A stretch of 60,409 bases of DNA, the filler included, from Dugesia japonica (taxonomy: Eukaryota), in assembly GCA_001938525.1 (NCBI GenBank). It is 5 parts of 5 records of this genome, joined end to end, with 100 filler letters (N's around TTAATTAATTAA, not from the genome) between each part and the next. Parts side by side here need not be neighbours in the genome. Positions count along the whole stretch, not along the records: positions 16,076 to 28,731 come from MQRL01505696.1; positions 28,832 to 37,527 come from MQRL01612439.1; positions 37,628 to 51,095 come from MQRL01647930.1; 2 more parts are not named here. One strand, written 5' to 3'. This document shows positions 26,500-39,336 of this stretch, piece after piece (positions within the stretch are counted from its first letter, which is position 1; each line of letters starts with the position of its first letter). The notes under the pieces were generated by a model. That model did no database searches. It was not told the origin of the DNA and worked only from the letters and a program-made list of their open reading frames with translations. Made by a program: the position numbers and the translations under genes.

Positions 26500-28210
26500 A
26501 AGCTATTGAAATTATTTTTGAGAATTAATATTATCCGAAAACGCATCTCTCAATGGAATATTCCACTAATTTGTTTTTGGAAAAAGGAAAAGAAAGACAA
26601 AATATTTAAAGCAATTGAACGTAGTAACAAAAAGATAATTCATTTTAATGTCTAAAGTTGATCAAATTCTCAATGAGGAATCTCAGGAAAAACAGTAGTT
26701 TCTAAATTGTTTTAATAAAATTCCATTTTGCATTGCAGTCCCATCCGGAAAATTGCAGGAGATGATAACAAAAGTGATAGGCGAAATTAATAGAGCCACC
26801 ATATATCTTGACGACATTCTGATATCTAAGAATAATAAAGATCAACGCTGTGATGTAATTAACAGAGTATTGATGGAAATAATAAAGCTGGTTTAATAAT
26901 TTTTCTGGAAAAGTGTCAGTTTCTTCAAAGCGAAATCAAATTTCTTAGGCACATACTTAACAGGAATAGTGTTAGAACTGCTCCGTTTAAAATATTAACA
27001 ATACGAACATTTGGTAAATCTAATTGCGTGAAGAAGTTTCTTATGTATTTTTAATTACTACAGGAAATTTAAAGAAAAATACTGAAGAAAATCAAGAATC
27101 TTAGAACAACTGTGTAGTGGACCAAACAACAAGAAATTATAATAGACAAGTGAAATAAGGGCCTGAAGAAAACTTAATGACTACGCTAATATTGTGTTTT
27201 CCAAACATTATCAAAAATGTATATTTGATACAGATACTAGTTTCTATACAATTGGAGAAGTATTGCCACAGAGAGATAAAGAAGAAAAAGAAAGAGTTGT
27301 TACATATGTATCACATTCAATAACGGGCCGTGAAAAGAGATACTGCGTCATACGAAGTAAGTTATTGGATGTTTATTATTTCTTCATGCATTTTAAACAT
27401 TATTTGTATGACAGAAGATCTACTCTTAGAACAGATCATAAAGCTAAAACTTTCATGATGATGACGAAGAAACAAATTACGTCTCCAGCCATGAATTAAT
27501 TATCTGAGTAGTCTACACATGGTATTAGAATATAGGAAAGGAATTCAACATAGTAATGTAGATATGTTATCTAGACCAAGATTTGAGGTGTGTACAATGT
27601 TAAATGTCACATGAAGATGCTAAGAAATGAAAGATTAAAACAAGAGTATTAAGAAACAATAGGAAACAAAAAAGAAGATCTGAAGAAAAAAATTTAATCA
27701 AGAAAATACAAATTTTGAATTACATGAGACAATAGAAGAAATACATAAATTATTATGTCATGCAGGAATCAAAAAGGTGTATGAGTATATAAAAGATAAA
27801 TACGTTGCAAATAATTTCTGGAGCCAATTGCAGAAGATAGTTTGTAGTTGTGAAATTTGTGAGAAGACCAAAGGAGTAACAATTGCAACTAAAGAGAAGA
27901 CAAAGAGATTAGAAGTTACTCATTAGCTTAAAGTCATATTCACAGATATATGTAGATTAATGTGGAAAAAGTGGATTAAGTGGACGAAAAAATACATATT
28001 TATAATAATATACTAGTTCAGTAAGTATCTGGTTCTTATATCACTGGCTAGACAAGATGAGGAAACAATACGATAAGCTATTTCTGAGAAATGAATATTG
28101 AGATTTGGATGCTCAAGAGATATAAGACTAGATTGTGAAAATCCCTTTGAATCCAGAGGTATGAAAGAGTTTGCACAGAAGCTAGACAATAAACTTCGCT
28201 TTTTGTGCCC
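26500..28210 (+). mobile_element. Decayed Ty3/Gypsy LTR-retrotransposon pol
   Basis: RT YLDDILI and KCQFL...KFLGH; RNase H DTDTS..IG.VL and RTDHK; integrase H.GIKK....C..C and downstream core. Order is RT-RH-IN; many stops. Confidence 0.88.
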
Positions 28211-28211
28211 T

Positions 28212-28731
28212 GATCATCACAAAGCTTTTTTGGTTGATTTGATCGTATACAGCTGGTGGTTAATTGATCAAATTCGAGTTTGCTCCAGCCTTTTTTCAAT
28301 ACCATTTTCAAAGCAATCAACATAATCTTGATGATGAATGTTGGTCTGTTTGAGCATTATTCCTTTGCTTTTCATTACTGATATATCCTCCTCCTCCCCC
28401 TCTGATAGTAATGAATACGATTTCGGTCGTAAAAAGATTCATTCTTTAAAACTCTTTCCCTTATTTTCATCCTTGAACTTGCCAATTTGAGCAGTTAAAG
28501 ATGTTGAAAATAGAGGATCATCTTGCTTGTAATTGGATGTGTCCATGAGTTTATCTTTAATCATCGCCGGTAAGAGTTGATCACGCAGACTCACATTTTT
28601 ACACTCTAAAAAAAACTGTCCGTATTGCCCGCGACAATGTAGATTTCGCAGTTGAAAATTTTGCGATAGGACTCCAACTTGTGATATTGCAGTTCATACA
28701 TATGCAGTTTTGAGAGATCAAGAACTGCTTG
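28212..28731 (-). pseudogene. polB: C-terminal fragment of a second protein-primed DNA polymerase B
   Basis: Manual translation (not in the ORF track): AVLDLSKLHMY...IVAGNTDSFF...MDTSNY...IGKFKDE...FLRPKSYS...KSKGI...SINHQLYTI. Homologous to 10042-10386, with two in-frame stops; runs off the scaffold end. Confidence 0.9.
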
Positions 28732-28831
28732 NNNNNNNNNNNNNNNNNNNNNNNNNNNNNNNNNNNNNNNNNNNNTTAATTAATTAANNNNNNNNNNNNN
28801 NNNNNNNNNNNNNNNNNNNNNNNNNNNNNNN
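28732..28831. other. Artificial scaffold-joining linker
   Basis: N44-TTAATTAATTAA-N44. Confidence 0.97.
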
Positions 28832-29902
28832 CAAATTTTTTGTTCTTCAAATTTTTTGAACAGACTATGGATTTTTTCCTGTGTATTTAGTTGGGAATTT
28901 TTTTTTTAATTTTATTGTTGAAGAAATTTTCGTACGTAACAAAACATTAAAAAAATAAGAAAGTCGAGATTTTGTGCACATAATCTTAAATTGTATCCAT
29001 TTTTTAGTGATAAGATGTAGAGGTTCTTAAAAGGATAGAAATCGAATATTAAATAAAAATTCCATCTGAATAATGAAAATTCCTGGTAGCGTAACTTCAT
29101 TGTTTTCCATGTAAAGAGAACCATTTAGAAGGGTAGTGAGAGAAGTTATGTGTTAATACAAATGCGAACAAATAGACACAGTAATGATGGTTAGAACTTA
29201 ACATAACTAAAATAAAATGGAAATCGCTTACAAAACAAAAGATAATACATATAGATTTCATTAAAATAAGAAAAAGCTTCGATCAAAATAAANNNNNNNN
29301 NNNNNNNNNNNNNNNNNNNNNNNNNNNNNNNNNNNNNNNNNNNNNNNNNNNNNNNNNNNNNNNNNNNNNNNNNNNNNNNNNNNNNNNNNNNNNNNNNNNN
29401 NNNNNNNNNNNNNNNNNNNNNNNNNNNNNNNNNNNNNNNNNNNNTTAATTGTCCAACAATTATTCTCACAATAATTGTAATTATAAAATAATACATATAA
29501 CTAATTATAAGAATAATATCATTATAAAACATACAAAAATTGACTGTTCAAACGTTTTTTGAAACACATTTAATTTTATCAGACGGGAAACAGGTTAAAT
29601 TAATGATAAATCAAATATTCCAGTTGCCTATACTTAAATGAAAATAGTTTTGCTAACATCTCTTTCGTTTATGTTCATGTGAAAAATTTGTTATTAAAAA
29701 AATGACAAGAAAACATTTAATGTTAATTGATGGAATTTATTTAGATGAACATATTTTTTATTTTCAAATGTTATGAAAATTACTTTTCTATTAAAAATCT
29801 CACGACCCCCTTCAAAGAAATCCGTACCTCCCAAGAGAGTTTGAAAATTACTGTTCTAATCAATATGCTTTAATAATTATAACCAAAATATTATATCAAT
29901 TA

Positions 29903-30802
29903 CAGGGTATTTCAAAAATATATGTAAAATTTAGGAAAATACTTTGTAATGGCTTATTCAATTTCATATTGATGATCTTCTTTACGATTTCCCGCATATT
30001 CAAATAAAACTTATCCAAAATATCTTAATATTAAAAATAACATGATTAACCAATAAAATATTAACATGTGTTGGATTTTAAACTTTCTGTTGTTATTGTT
30101 CTTGGTCTTATGTAACTAATTTGGGATTTGATACAGAATAAAACATTTTCAATAGGATTTAGTTACATGAATAAAGCAGAAAAAACAAGTTGTACATTAA
30201 AATCCTTTAAATACTCATGGACAACATCACAATGATGAAATCTTACACAGGACTTTTAAAAAAACACCTTTACAATTACATTCTTCCAAAAATTCAATAA
30301 GACTTCTCTTGTCATTGAACCATCCACCAATTTAAAATGATCTACTTCATTAGATGATATTAATGCACATAAAGAAATGTTTCTTCTTATGGGTTTAGTC
30401 TGGTAAATTATTGCTTCTGCATAGACGTATGTAAATTGAAACCGGACTCGTTTAAAAACAATATTCTTCTTGATCTGTCAATCTTGCTGCTTTTATATTC
30501 CTACATGGTGTGGGTTAATGAAATGTTTTTTGTTCATTTTTTAACATTGTTTTTGTGTAGACCGGATTTCAGAATGCAAAGCAGTTTTGTTAATGCTTTT
30601 TCTTTCAGCTTTATTACACGATATGCATCACAATTTTCCATTATTTCTGTGATAGATTTATTTTAATGCCATTTCTTTATTTGTTCAAATAAACTTGATG
30701 TCAGTAAAACTCTTGATTTTCTTGAAAATTCATGAATCTCTAAAAAATCATTTTAACAAAAAATTTATAAAAATATTGTACTTTTATTTATGAAATACCC
30801 TG
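29903..30802 (-). mobile_element. Internally deleted IS630/Tc1-type transposon (900 bp)
   Basis: Inverted termini CAGGGTATTTCA / TGAAATACCCTG, each flanked by TA. Residual DDE_3-type motifs ESGFNLHT, NISLCALIS and LNPIENV on the minus strand. Confidence 0.85.
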
Positions 30803-31559
30803 TATAAATTTTATTGTTGAAAAGTAATCAATATTTAAGGATATTTACGATTATGATTTTTTTTTCTTTTAACTAATTTAATTGAATTCTATTACTTACA
30901 TTTCATAGAAAATTCTATAAATTACAATCCCAATTATTCTGAATCCTACAAATCATATCTTTGTCGCAAAAACCGTTACATATCATCTCCACGAACTTGT
31001 ATTGATCATTTCAATTTATCTAATTATTATGTAAAGTGGGATTTCTTGGAAAAAAACTATAAGTCTCAAAATGGTATTATTGATAAACAGGTATGTGTCA
31101 ATAAAAGCGTGACATCTGATTCCGGAGAAAATTACTCTTTAAACGGTTATTCGATTCGTTTTTTGACGTTGTCTCGAATTTGCATGTCGTATTTATTGCA
31201 TGTTGCTTTCATTATTTATGCAACATAATATGATNTAATTAGTCTTTAATTTTTCTTGGTTTAAGGATATTATTGATTAATTTTTTTTCATTGTTTATCC
31301 ATTTGTAGCAAGTCTTTATTTTTTCCTAAATATTTTATCAAAAAAAATTATTAATTTCTCATGTTAATTCGATTTATTTTAAAATAATGTCTTAAAAGAT
31401 ATTATTGGGTTGGCAGCTAAGTAATTGCACTTTTTTAAAATAAAACAAAATAAGAAAAATGGATTTTTCAAATTAAAAACATGATATAATGGATTGTTCA
31501 AAATAAAAACATGATGAAAATTTAAATTAAAAAATTAAAAACACGATAGAAAATCAATA

Positions 31560-32150
31560 AATTTATTTTAGATTAAGAAATCTATAGATTTATTAAACAA
31601 AAAATTGAATATTTCCATTTGAACAGTTTGTCTCCACGTCCATTCGTTTAGGCAGGACTCTAGAACCGTACCATAGATTCCCTTCATTCCGACAATTTTA
31701 ATTTTCAGTTTTTCCCAAATCTACTCTATTCTTTGTGTATTGGCACCACTATTTTTGTCAATAAATAGCAATTTGAGGTTAACTGTTAGATCAATGTAAT
31801 TTTAATCATTCGCTAATTTAGTTTAAGCTTTACATTTATCACTCATTATGATAGAACCCTTCTGAACAGTGGCCNNNNNNNNNNNNNNNNNNNNNNNNNN
31901 NNNNNNNNNNNNNNNNNNNNNNNNNNNNNNNNNNNNNNNNNNNNNNNNNNNNNNNNNNNNNNNNNNNNNNNNACTCATTTTCAGGAGCACGACCTCTGTG
32001 ATGTTTTGGTTTGTATCTTAAAAAAGAAAATGGAAACAAATTAAAAAATATAAAAAAATACCGAAATAAAGATTCGTCTAATTCGACGATTCGTTGTTCT
32101 CCACCCAAGGCAATTGGATATTTCGTAAAAAAATATTCTGCATAGAAATT
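31560..32150 (-). mobile_element. Merlin/IS1595-like (ISXO2 domain) transposase remnant
   Basis: LGGEQRIVELDESLF, KPKHHRGR, D..SGANTQRIE.IW..LK, L.SCLNEWTWR. Flanked on both sides by GTTCAAAATAAAAACATGAT-type repeats (31480-31550, 32370-32530). Confidence 0.85.
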
Positions 32151-33189
32151 AACAATGACAGACTATTTTATTGTATCCAAATCCATATAATTGGCAACAC
32201 TATTTATAAAAAACTATATTACCAAAATAAAATAACTATTTGAACAAATTTTATTTAGTTTTTTTATTTGTTAAAATAATATTTTTATTTGTTAAAATNN
32301 NNNNNNNNNNNNNNNNNNNNNNNNNNNNNNNNNNNNNNNNNNNNNNNNTATTTGTTAAAATAATTTTTGTTCAATTTAAAAACATGATAAAAATGATTGT
32401 TCAAAATAAAAACATGATGTAAACAGTTGTTCAAATTTAAAACATGATGTGCTGGATTGTTCAAATTTAAAACATGATGTAAACAGTTGTTCAAATTAAA
32501 GAGATGACCCTAAAATTGTTCAAAAAAATGATGATCCGAAAAATCTTATGTAAAATAAAAATAATCCTTCCGATTGTTATTAAGCTTTATCAGCTTGTCA
32601 GAAATGAATTTTATTAAATTTCGTTAAATTTCGTTAAATTTACATCACTGAAATCATTGTCTTCTGAGAGAGTAAAACTGCCATAAGTCTCTGGCAGTAT
32701 AAGATAGNCAGTAGTGTAACATAGGAGGTTCGGTCCATCCGGGCGGTATTCTGCCGAAAACAAGAAATGAAACAAAACCAAATTAGGATTTCATTAAAAT
32801 AAAGAACAAGCTTCGATCAAAATAAAATTTATTTGTAAAAAAGTTCAAATTTTCGAAGAAGACTATTGTCTAATTATAAAACTAAATTACCTTAAAAATT
32901 AACATTTATTTTAAATAAGTTTGACTTTATATGACTTTCTTAGTCAATTCTATTTTAAAGTTTATAAACCATATTTTTAAAAAATATTCAATCACGACAT
33001 CAGGTAAATCCGAAAGTTTGTGGGGTTTTTGAATATGCCATGTAAATCACAGTATCGCAGTAAACATTTAAAAAAGTATAGATATTTAATGAAAGTTTGG
33101 TTAAAAATGTTATTAATTTTATTGTAATGAATCATTTTTTGTAATGATTTCTTTTTATTTAATTTCAAAAGGTTTGCTAATTTTGTTAA

Positions 33190-33910
33190 AATACGAACAT
33201 ACTTGCTTTATGAGTATAAACTGTGGTTAAGCGCTACAGAGGCATGATATAGAAACTTTTTTGCGTTANGACTTAATACACTAAGTAAAAAAAACTGCTC
33301 AAAAATCGTTTTCCAGCTTCTCTGAAGGCAATGAGTCTGTAGAAGATGTAAAACGCTCCTGAAGATCTTTAGTGATCTGTAACAATGACTTAAAAAATCT
33401 ATTGAAGAAAATTAAAATTTATTATGTGGAGTTGTCAAAAATATTCAATGCTGGCAAGGAAACATGTCGAGTACATTTAAAAAAATTGGGTAAGTCATGG
33501 AATCATTGCAAGTGGGTTCCAACATAATTTGTCACATGAGAACAAACTCCGAAGATTTACAATTTGCACAGATTTGTGCAAAACAGCTTGAAAGTACCAA
33601 ATAAATGTTGCTTCAGTAACAACCTATGCTAATGAATAGAAATCAAGTGGTACTGTTACACGACAATTCAAGACCTCATATGTCAAAATCACTCGACAAA
33701 AATTGAATCACTTGAATGGGAAATTCTGCCACATCCAACTTATTAACCCAACATTTCTCTAACGGTCTATCACCTGTTTTCAGCTATAGGAAATCATTTA
33801 AAAAATATTGAAGAAATTTCAGTGATAGTTGGGAGGTTTTTCGCCTTAAAATACGCCTATTTTTATTAAACTGGAATTTACAAACTTGTGTCCCATTGGG
33901 AAGGTTTTGT
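33190..33910 (+). mobile_element. Decayed mariner transposase
   Basis: Broken frames with CKWVP, VLLHDNSRPH and WEILPHPTY.PNIS.T.YHLF. Confidence 0.85.
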
Positions 33911-34389
33911 TCATGTCTTATTGTTTGAATTATACTTTATATTTTATTTGACTTCATAGTTTGATAAACAAAAATTCCACGTACTTTCGGGTTTACTGAT
34001 AATATATTGTCAATTTATTGATGACCTGTTCCTATCTTTGGGCTGCATCATAATTTCACGTTCATTTAACTTCTATTTTCATCGTCAAAAATGCATAAAA
34101 AGATGCCATTTGAGTTATACGTCATTTTTGAATTTTTACCATTCAAAAAACTTTGTAACAAATGAAATAAATAGTAATATGACGTTGATATATCTGATAT
34201 ATGTGGTAGAAGTGAGAACAGATCCCCGCCTAAATACAATCATTTTGTCAAGTATCGAAATATTTGTGGTTCTGCGTTTTCGTGGTAGCAGATGACACCT
34301 CTTTGATTTGTAAATTATGGTCGCATTTCTAGGATAATTGGCGATGATTCGGTTAATTATTGATTACTGTCATTTCGATTGATATTATT

Positions 34390-34829
34390 TAAAGTAATCC
34401 GTTTTTCATCTCCAGTTATTAATCGTTTCATAAAACGATCAGTTTTTTGTTTTTTTAACAAACTGCATATGCTAGAGCCTTGTGTTAATTTCATTAAGCT
34501 AATAAGGAGCTCATAAATCAAATTTTTTAAATTTATTTGAGTATTTTTAACAGTTTTTCAATGCATGTATTTGATACATAGAACTTTTCTGAAGATTCTA
34601 TTACTTTGATTTTATCGGCATAAACTTCAATTGGATGCACATAACATTGTTCATCTTTCAAGAAATTGGGATTACCAATTTTGACACTGCATTTCTTTAA
34701 ATGTCTTATCACCATGTATATCATAACTTTTTGTGATCTTTTTTTGCATTTTCTAGCTTTTAAGTAAAGTATAAATGAATGTGACGATAAATAATATTTT
34801 GCTTTTTCATTTATAGAGGTCATTTTCAA
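34390..34829 (-). mobile_element. Possible pogo/Tigger (CENP-B HTH) transposase remnant
   Basis: F.VSNTCIEKL resembles the F.AS.GW..KF motif; very degenerate. Confidence 0.35.
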
Positions 34830-37527
34830 AAATTAGTTACTAAAACAACAATTGAGTAAATAAATATATTAAATTTTCACTAAAAATGTTTCTTATTTCT
34901 TATCAAATTCCTCCTAAATTACTTTATAAAAATTCCTCACTTTGTTTCTAACCAAATAGATGATAATTAATTCAAGCACAGACTTTAATAAAATAATGAA
35001 CTATTATATTAATTAAATGACAGTTTGAGACGATTTTATTAATGAATCAAAAATAGCAGTCTATTGGGATACCTTTTTGAATATTTTTAGCATAATGGTT
35101 GTACATTAGTCTAATTGGTACCAGATTTTTACGTAATAACTATTGAACTAAAAATCCGTATTCATATATTATTAAATAATCATTGTTTTCGGTTTGGAAT
35201 CGGAAATCGGCACCCCATTAGTAAAAAGTATAGAAAAATTTATAAATTTTATTAAAAAATTATATAAATANTAATTTATTACAGAAATTTTATTTNTTTA
35301 TGCTAAAATATTACGTTCTCTGGTCGCTAAACAATCTAGAGATACTGACTACAATGGAATTAATATAAAATTCAAAATAAATTTAAATATTTAGCCTTAT
35401 CTAAATTTATTTCGAAAAATAAATAAGATCATAAGCAATTCTAGGATTATAAAGAATTGTTTTATTTAAAAAATCCCCAATTACACCTAATTCTATTTTT
35501 ACGGGATAATTACTTTCCCCGACAACTCGCTTAAGAACGTAATAAATGAATCCATAGAAAACATTAATTACCGTTTATTTAATTCAGTAAAATTTATGTG
35601 AAATTTTTTTAATAACTTCTTACTTTAAATATTAAATTTAAACTGCACACCTGCACTGTACATTAACCAAAACTAATGTGAAATCTCCTGCATAAGTGTC
35701 GTAATTTTTTTGTATCACACGATTTAGTGTTTATTTCTAGAAATGTGTTAAAGCAAGCATCTAAATATTTTTTCTCACTAAAATTGTTTTGAAAAAAATT
35801 TAAACCATGTAAAAACGGAGTACAATTTTTTTGGAATCGCGTAAAAACATAATTAGGTGTGTTTAGTTTTCAACCCAACAATATATAGATTTCATACTAA
35901 ACACGCTAATACTGATTATATTATTTGATTTAAAATATACGCATATAAATCTTTTTCAAAACTACTTATGGAATTATTTTTTTGGATTTAATTAGTTTTA
36001 GTTTTTTTTCAATTTTATTTCTCACAATTAAATTAATTTCATTTTTCAGTCACGCAATATTATGTTACCCATGAGTAATTTTTAATTCAATTTGATGTAC
36101 ATTGTGTAATATTATTTAACTAAAATTTTTCAATTTAATCTTCATTATCTTATTTTATTTATCTATTTAAAATCGATCTGGTTTTATTCCTAAAGATTGA
36201 ACGATATTATTTTCGACATTTTAAATTTTTGTTATGCAAGTCTGTTTATTAATAAAAAATTTACCAAATGTTATAATACATATAGTGCGCAAAAATTTTT
36301 GTTATTTTTTGTGATAGACATTCTTTAAAATTGCATTATTAAAATTGGATGTTGCATTTATATTGACAGTTAACATAAATGTCATCATTTATATAGATTA
36401 GAGTGCATTGATATTTGACTTATATTTTCTAAATCTATAACAACAAAAAAGACTCTTGTGAATTTAAAGAATTCNNNNNNNNNNNNNNNNNNNNNNNNNN
36501 NTTTGGCGATTGTTACTTTTCTTTTTATTTCTTTGAACATTTTGTTACTGTTATAATAATTATAGTTTGATAGTGATAAAGCTTTGTTGATTTATGTGCG
36601 TCAGTAAATAAAATATTACATACGTTTTCAAAATCTATTGTTTTAGGTCTTTCAAATGACATCGTTTAATCTGTTAATTTTGAATCAAATATTAAATCGT
36701 AAACTAAATTTAGATTTGTATTGTTTTATCAAAATAGTCGTTTGACATAAGAACTGACAAAAAATGACATCTTTCGAGTTTTTATTTCCTTTTCGTAGTT
36801 ATATAGAATCCTGATTTGCAACCGCTCACTTGATACTCACTATTGAAATTTATTTACTTTATTTTATATTTTATTTTATTTAATTTATTTTTATTGGAAT
36901 TTTTTATTAATAATCAACGAACTTGCGAGGATATTATAACATATGAAGTCCACTTATTAAATAATAATAAATAAAATAAAAAAATAAAAATCCCAGATGG
37001 ATTTTTATTGTAACTTTTTAATATATTCAACTTTAAATAATTAATAGATTTACTATTATGTAGCTATCTCATTTTGCTTTTTGAAAAAAGTATAATGACA
37101 ACACTATGATAATAATAACAATGTATTGGCGCATATATATATATATATATATATATCCCTCATATATATTTTCCCAGTAATATCCGGCTTAACGTTGAAG
37201 ATACTTTCAAAAATCCATGACTTCCCAATGTTATCAACGGCTTTCAAATTTCTTAATTAAGAAAAAGTTGGAAAAAATATTTTAACAATTTTTGCCAAAG
37301 ATTTGAATTACGTTATAGTGAAAATCACGCTAAAGGAGTAGCGTTAAATGAGGTATTATTGCATATTTGATATGGTTAAATACGATTTGATTTCATTAAA
37401 ACAAATATTAAAAAGTTATCAAAACTGATATTTGCATTTTCATTTATTTATAAAAATAGTAACTTATTCCTTATGGAACAGTTGTTCTCATATGGTGAAT
37501 GAAATCTCTTAGTACTTTTTCAAAGGT

Positions 37528-37627
37528 NNNNNNNNNNNNNNNNNNNNNNNNNNNNNNNNNNNNNNNNNNNNTTAATTAATTAANNNNNNNNNNNNNNNNN
37601 NNNNNNNNNNNNNNNNNNNNNNNNNNN
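37528..37627. other. Artificial scaffold-joining linker
   Basis: N44-TTAATTAATTAA-N44. Confidence 0.97.
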
Positions 37628-37811
37628 ATATTTTTTCGCATTCTGGATACATTTCATTTATTATTCTTCTTGCAAGATCTGAGAAAAAGAATAAATAAAT
37701 ACATAAGAATAAAATTTACCTCCTTTGGATATTTCTTCTCCATTTCTTAAAAGCATTTTGAAATTATCTGTGAACAGTAAAATAAATTGTATATATATAT
37801 ATATATATATA

Positions 37812-38230
37812 AGTATAGGTATATGGACGGTTTTAAGGCCGGGGGGTACCCCTCCCCACTTCAGATGAAAAATATTTTATGAAAAATGTCAAATGAAAAA
37901 TATTTCAAATGAAAAATGTCAGATGAAAAATGTCAAATGAAAAATATTTCAAATGAAAAATATTTTATGAAAATGCCGGGATGCAAATATTTTATGAAAA
38001 TGTCGAATGTAAAATATTTTATGAAAAATTGTTTTAAAGACTATTGTTTTAAATTGTATACCCAATCTCATTTCAGATGAAAAATATTTTATGAAAAATG
38101 TCAGATGTAAAATGTTTCATGAAAAATGTTCAACTAAAAATGTTCGACTAAAAAATATTTTATGAAAAATGCCAAACTAAAATATTTCAGATGAAAATGT
38201 CAAACCAAAATGTTTCATGAAATATTTAAG
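37812..38230 (+). repeat. Left terminal inverted repeat
   Basis: Exact reverse complement of the right end up to 38041/50682, then imperfect to 38230/50445. Contains a GGGGTACCCC palindrome and many ATGAAAAAT subrepeats. Confidence 0.95.
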
Positions 38231-38254
38231 CGGTTTAAATTTTTAATATAGAAA

Positions 38255-38869
38255 ATGAGTGTTAATAAAAAAGCTGTTCAAGAATTTTCTTTGGAAAATG
38301 TGATTGATGTAATGAGTGGCATGGTTGATATAAAAGAGGCAAATATAGATGAATTAATTAATTACTCAAAATGCGAATTTACAAAAGAAATTGCAGAAAA
38401 TAATTTAAAATTTATTAATCAATTATATGATAAATTAGAAGAATTGAATTTACCTGCAAAAAATAAAAATTATTTTAAAAACATTATAACTACTTTTATG
38501 ATAAAATTTACAAGTGATGAGTGCAAAAGTTTAGTGCTTGAATTACTTGAAGGAAAATATATAGCCGCTCTTCAAACTATTAAAGAAACTAATGAAAAAT
38601 ATCAATTAGAAAGAGATGAGCATAATGATTTAAGAAAAAAATATAATGAAGAATTAAAACCACAAAAAATTGGAAGGGGTTTTATTCAATATACACCTAG
38701 AAAAAGTGATGGAAAAAGACAATATGTAAAACATGAAGATGTTCTTAATTTAGTAGATAGATTATTTGCGGATCCTGAAAAATATTTACAACTTTCTAAA
38801 GATAGATTAATTAATATATCTACAAAAGGAAGCAAAAGTATTGCAAATGCACAGGCTAAATTAAGATAA
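38255..38869 (+). CDS. Hypothetical viral protein, 204 aa, helical/coiled-coil
   Basis: Intact ORF directly inside the left TIR with ATAGAAAATG start context; no recognisable motif. Confidence 0.75.
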   Translation: MSVNKKAVQEFSLENVIDVMSGMVDIKEANIDELINYSKCEFTKEIAENNLKFINQLYDKLEELNLPAKNKNYFKNIITTFMIKFTSDECKSLVLELLEGKYIAALQTIKETNEKYQLERDEHNDLRKKYNEELKPQKIGRGFIQYTPRKSDGKRQYVKHEDVLNLVDRLFADPEKYLQLSKDRLINISTKGSKSIANAQAKLR

Positions 38870-38882
38870 TAAGAAATAGCAA

Positions 38883-39194
38883 ATGGACTCAGTTTAATAT
38901 AAAACATTAATTGAATATAATTTTGAAAATAATTCAATAAAAAATTTTTGTAAAATTTATAATATTAGTAAAGTAACAGTAAAAAAATATTTAAAGAAAT
39001 GGAATATAAAATATAAAACAAACACATTTAAAATTTATCATAGAAATTTAAAAGGGCAGTTTATTTCTTTGATTGACACATTTGAAGGTGATAAAAAATT
39101 AAATGTTATTCATATTAAGAGCAATAGTGAATTATTTAATTGTGATGAAGTTGGAGAAAGGATGAAAAAATTATATGGGTTTAAAAAAAAATAA
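38883..39194 (+). pseudogene. Small HTH-like protein (104 codons) with a premature TAA at codon 5
   Basis: ATG GAC TCA GTT TAA, then an open frame YKTLIEYNFENNSIKNFCKIYNISKVTVKKYLKKW...YGFKKK*. The SI..FC....IS..TV..YL pattern resembles an HTH. Missing from the ORF track. Confidence 0.55.
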
Positions 39195-39336
39195 ATGGTA
39201 AAATGGAAAATGGAAAATGGTAAAATGGAAAATGGAAAAAAATGGAAAATGGTAAAATGGAAAATGGAAAATGGTAAAATGGAAAATGAAAATAAATAAA
39301 ATAAACACATGCATAAAAAAACACTATAATAAAAAG

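Noticed and set aside
31403-31430. mariner-like TIR start TATTGGGTTGGCAGCTAAGTAATTGC
   Set aside because: Isolated ~27-bp remnant with no partner end or linked transposase.
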